A stretch of 64,000 bases of DNA from the NCBI RefSeq assembly GCF_009914755.1, contig NC_060933.1. One strand, given 5' to 3'. The position numbers were made by a program, and so were the translations under genes. A model generated the notes under the pieces. That model worked only from the letters and a program-made list of their open reading frames with translations. It was not told the origin of the DNA and ran no database searches. Numbering within the stretch: the first letter of the stretch is position 1; every line of letters begins with the position of its first letter. Of this stretch, positions 56,473 to 64,000 are shown one piece after another. This stretch comes from the human T2T-CHM13v2.0 reference genome, Homo sapiens.

Positions 56473-57928
56473 CTTCCACATAGCTAGTCAATCACAAGTT
56501 GTGCTAATGTGTTCTGCCGTTTCTCAAACCTGTCTCTCCTCTCAATTCTTACTACCACCCTGGTTTTCAGACCATCAACATCTCTCACCTAAGCTGTGTA
56601 GTAGCCTCCTAACTGATCCCTGACACTTCAGTGTTGCCCCTCTGCCCTCACCACTGAAACACAGACTACCTAAAACAAAATTATCCTGAGACTTCCCTTC
56701 TTAAAATCCTTTTTTGACTCCTATTTCCTATTAAATAATGTCTATACTTCTTAATGTAATGGACAGGCATCTCCTGTTCCTCTCTGCTCTACCTTTGTTA
56801 CCTATTTGTAGTAATAGGTAAATGTTTATAATTTCCCCTGAAGTCCCTCTGCTATTCAGTGCTTCCATGTATTTGTTCATTATGATCTTTTTCTCTGAAA
56901 CTCCCTCACCACTTTTCCTCCTGGTTAATTATTTACTGTCCTTCAAGCCTAAGCTCAAGCATCATCTTTTTCAGAAAACCTACTTTGAAGTTCCAGAGTG
57001 GACCAATGGCCCCTTTTAATGCTCCCCATAGTCATCGTGCTGATCTCTATCTTTTCACTTTAAACATGCTTTTAAACCTACTTCCTGAGTATAAAGTTTG
57101 TTATAATTTTAATATTTGTATTTTTCTATGTCTTGTTCTTCTCTTTATGGTTTCTGTTGACTCCTGCTTATGGTAGTTTGACACTTCAACTCTTTGTTAA
57201 ATTTTATAAATAGCTCATATTTGTCTAAACTTTAACTTTGGGTTTCCTGAGAGACCGAAATTGAGATGATTTGCTTGGTTTCTGCTTGGCTCTGGAAGCA
57301 GGACCAATCAGGAACCATTCTAGTTAGATTTATTGGTTTGAGTTTTCTTGGACTATGAGTATGGTGTAAATTCAAATTCCAGCATAAAAGTAAAGCTGGT
57401 TAGAAAACATTAGGGAAGACTATTAAAATTATTAATGTTTTACAACCCACCGCCTGCAGAGACTGATTTGCTTATTGGTTCACTTGTCATATCCTTCCAG
57501 CTTTGTCTTTTCCACTAAATATGTAGCCCATTTTGGTGCCTGGATTTATGTGGAGGTCTCAGATTCAGTTTCCTACCTTATCAGGTTCAAATCCTGTTAG
57601 TCAGTTAACCAGAAAAATTCTAGATTCCCAGGAATGTGTCAGAGCATTTCAGTGTCCCCTATTGACATCTCATTCCCAGCTCTTTAAAAAAGAAAGTATT
57701 TTTATTTTCCTATTGATTGCCCCAATTCCTATGTACTACCTCAGGCAGCCGCAATATTAACTAACAAAGCTCTAGGTTTTTGGTTTTGGCACACTTCCAG
57801 GGCATCTCTGGCTTCTGTGTTGACTGATGACTTTAGTTTCACCTCTAGATTGTTTGCGTGCATGCGTGTGTGTGTGTGTAATCATTTTGTACTTCCTCTA
57901 CATTTTTGTGAGTTCAGAAATGTATTTA

Positions 57929-58283
<355 letters not shown>

Positions 58284-60029
58284 CTAGGAACCTTCTAAAA
58301 TTCCTGTCTTCATAAAAGCAACTCAGAAAAATAGAAGCAACTTTTTCAGAACTCCGGAAAATATCCAAAGGTTTGCTGTAATCTCGGAGCATTTATTCAA
58401 GAACATAGGCTGAATTTTGGTTAGAATAGTGAGATTTGTAATGTTCTTATTTGCTCTATGCTCATCACATCCTCCCAGCTACATGGTAGCCTTGAAAACC
58501 AACATCCTACAATCTTGGTGAAAAACAAGCTCCTGGGAGCCATAGAAAGAAACAAAAGAGGTTTGGGACTCATTCCTTTTTTTTCCTCTCCCTCCCACTG
58601 TCAGACAGCATGGGCTGTACCGTGCATTCCCTCCTCTGGAGAAATGATGGTAGGTTTCCACATCTGTGTAGCATCTCCCGCTCTGGAGATCACCCTGAGC
58701 CCTTGCATCTCCCACCAGGTAAGCCAAGCCCAGTCCAGGCCTGGCTGTGAGCCTGGGCCTGGCACTCAATTTTCCTGAGTCATTATTTACACAACAGAAA
58801 TAATGAAAGTGTCTACCATGAAGGGATGCTGTGAGGACTAAATGAGCTGTATACATAAAAGGCCTGGCCCAGAATGAGCACTCAGAGATGGTGGATGTAG
58901 TTTTTTGTGCGAATAAAGTGTTCAGACAGGTTCCGCAAGCTTCATCTGCGTAAAGTTTTAACATGATCTCTGGATGCTTGTCAGATAATTGTCTAGATTA
59001 ATCACTTGAAAAGCATTACACACACACACACACACATACACTGTTTTGTGATCTGCTTTTTTCAACAAAACAAAATACTGGAACAAAATTTCATGTTTCA
59101 ATTCTTCATCTAGATCATAATTGTAAATAGCTAATTGTGTGGTGATACGCAGTGATATTTAATCAGTCCCGTATTCTGAAACATTGAGGTGGTTTTCCAC
59201 TTGTCATTGTTTGAAAAACTTCATGCCAAATGTATTTACGATATTATTCCCCTTATAATATTATTCCCTTGCCAGATTTTCTAGAATACATTTCTAGAAA
59301 TGAAATTACTGATTTGAAGAATATGCATGTTTTTAAGGTTTTGATTTCTGTTACCACTAGAACTTTGCTAAAATAATTTTACTGAGAAAGTGATGTGGTA
59401 CATTTTTGTATGAGAGCCATGTTTTTTATTTTTTAAAAATTGCAGCAAAATACACTGAAGAGTGCAGTTCAGTGGCATTAGACATTTATGTTGCTCTGTT
59501 ACCATTACCACTGCCCATCCTCACACTCTTTTCATCTTGCAAAGCTGAGACTTCTTATTTTTAACCTCTAAGTTTTATAAAATTAAATAGATTAAATAAT
59601 ATTTAGGGTTGGTGTGAGTGTGGAGAAGTGGGTCCCCTCATTTACTGGTAAGTTGATGTAATTTTGTTGATCAAAAAATTGGGAATATTTATGCTTTGTA
59701 AAAAAGTACATACTGTTTGCCTCAATGAATCCACTTATAGTCTACAAAAGTAGTCACACAAGCATGGATATTATAGTCACATATTCAAAGATTTTTCTGT
59801 AGCATAATTTATAATATAAAACAACTGAAAAGAATCTATAAGTTTATCTATAATGAGATTTTAAGTTACGGTTACATGTGATGGTTAAGCAGAATGAGTT
59901 GTATCTGTGTGTATAGTTGTATCTGTGTGTAATGAAAAGGTGTGCAGGATAACTGTAAGTACAAAAAAACAAACTTCAGAACAATGTTTATAGTATGATC
60001 CTATTAAAAAACCACAATAATAATACATT

Positions 60030-62295
<2,266 letters not shown>

Positions 62296-62459
62296 AAGTT
62301 GAAAGAGCATTGAGAGAAAAGTTAGGCATTCAAAATGCAGTATCTCCCTGAACTGTAGTTTCTTATTTGTATAAAACACAACAAAACAAAAAATCATGTT
62401 GCATATCCTAAATATATATAATTTTTATTTGTCAGTCATACTTGAATGAAGCTGGGAGG

Positions 62460-63855
62460 GTGCGGAGCTGGGTTGGCGCTGCCTGGGGAGGAAGAGCCGT
62501 GGGCGGGATTGGTCTAGGCGGAGGCCTAGGCCCAGCCTGCGGTGGTGGGTCTTGCCGCGCCGGGGCTGCTTCCCGCCCTCCCCTCTGCTCCGGTTTCGCC
62601 CACTTCCCCTTGCCAGCGGGCTAGGCACGGAGGAGACCTGCCGGAGCCACGGAGGATGAGGTGGCCCGCAGTGCTAAGAAGATGGACGAGATAGTGCAGG
62701 AGAAGAACACGGCCGGAGCACTGGGTTTGTTAACCGAGCTTCAGAATGTTCTGGAATTACTGCGGTCCACAGGAACTGGAATGTTACTTAATGTTAGTCT
62801 CAAGCAGAGTACAGATGAAGAAGTTACATCTCTAGCAAAGTCTTTCGTCAAATCCTGGAAAACGTTACCAGATGAGCCATCAACTGAGAAAGACCCCAAC
62901 GAAAAGCGAATAGAACCTGCAATGACATCACAGAATAGCAAAAGAAAGTAGCTCCAGCGGCAACGTAAGCAGCAGAAAGGATAAAACAAATGCTTGAGAT
63001 ATTTGTTTCATCTGTTCCTCGGCACGAAGCGCTTCTAATTCTGTGCGGATGAAGTACAGGGAGATGCTTGCTGCAGCTCTTCGAACAGGAGATGACTGCA
63101 TTGAAATGGGAGCTGATGAGGAAGAATTAGGATCTCGAATTGAGGAAGCTGTAGATCCAGAAAGAGGGAATACAGGCATGAAGTACAAAAATAGAGTCCA
63201 AAGTAAGATATCAAATCTTACAGATGCAAAGAATCCAAATTTAAGGAAAAATGCATCGTGTGGGAATATTCCTCCTGACTTACTTGCTAGAATGTCCGCA
63301 GAAGAAATGGCTAGCGATGAGCTCAAAGAGATGCACAAAAACTTGACGAAAGAAGCCATCAGAGAGCATCAGATGGCCAAGACAGGTGGAACCCAGCCTG
63401 ATTCGCTCACATGTGGCAAATGTAAAAAGAATTGCACTTCCACACAGGTACAAGCCTGCAGTGTTGGTGAACCAATGGCAACGTTTGTTGACTGTAATGA
63501 ATGTGGAAATCAACAGAAGTTCTGTTGAGATGGAAAAATTGGCAAAATATCTGGACCACTAAGAAAACGGATTTTGTAATTAGCTTAAACCTAGGACAAG
63601 CAACTAGTTTTCCTGCAAATCAGATTTTTAGAGCAACATACATCCCGCGGGTTAGGCTTTGTTTTTGACCCAGCATCCCTTCCTTAAGTGTCTTCTGTAG
63701 TTCCTGATCAGTAGGGAGACCACAGGATAATTGTATGGGATCTGTTTTAAAACGTTTTTTTTTTTTTCATTTTTATAAATAAGTCGATATTAAACTTTTA
63801 TAAATTAAACTTCTTGCAGTTTATTTTTTTTCTTTCTTAAAGGAAAATACACCTT

Positions 63856-63857
<2 letters not shown>
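62460..63857 (+). pseudogene. TCEA1P3: Processed pseudogene of TCEA1 (TFIIS); degenerate CDS 62649-63528 with 5' and 3' UTR
   Basis: Intronless. The start codon is mutated to ACG (gccACGgaggatgag, 62649). Domain I ([20 protein letters not shown]) frameshifts and stops at 62951. Domains II-III ([13 protein letters not shown]...[17 protein letters not shown]...CGKC..CNEC..KFC*) run 63043-63528. GC-rich 5' UTR; 3' UTR continues until interrupted by an Alu. Confidence 0.93.

Positions 63858-64000
<143 letters not shown>

Overview
Human (primate) genomic DNA, recognisable as the region around the 5' end of IGFBPL1 (9p13). Bases 1-8.1 kb are intron 1 of the minus-strand IGFBPL1 gene. Coding exon 1 lies at 8145-8604 in a CpG-island promoter with CCAAT and GC boxes. 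The remaining ~55 kb is repeat-rich upstream sequence (Alu, L1, L2, MIR, ERVL/MER4/THE1/MER21 LTRs, MER6/MER63/MER53 DNA transposons). It carries two processed pseudogenes: an ARMC8 retrocopy (minus strand, nested inside an old L1 and itself hit by an Alu) and a TCEA1/TFIIS retrocopy (plus strand). Almost all other ORFs in the track are repeat-derived or chance. I see no convincing new multi-gene system. The best leads are: (i) an inverted duplication of an AluJ plus 57 bp of unique flank in IGFBPL1 intron 1; (ii) a TCEA1 retrocopy that is unusually CpG-rich and keeps an open 159-aa domain II-III ORF whose catalytic acidic hairpin is mutated; (iii) an ARMC8 retrocopy that seems to record a non-canonical splice form; (iv) candidate plus-strand non-coding exons. 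Repeat subfamily names and parent-gene comparisons come from memory and need RepeatMasker/BLAST confirmation.
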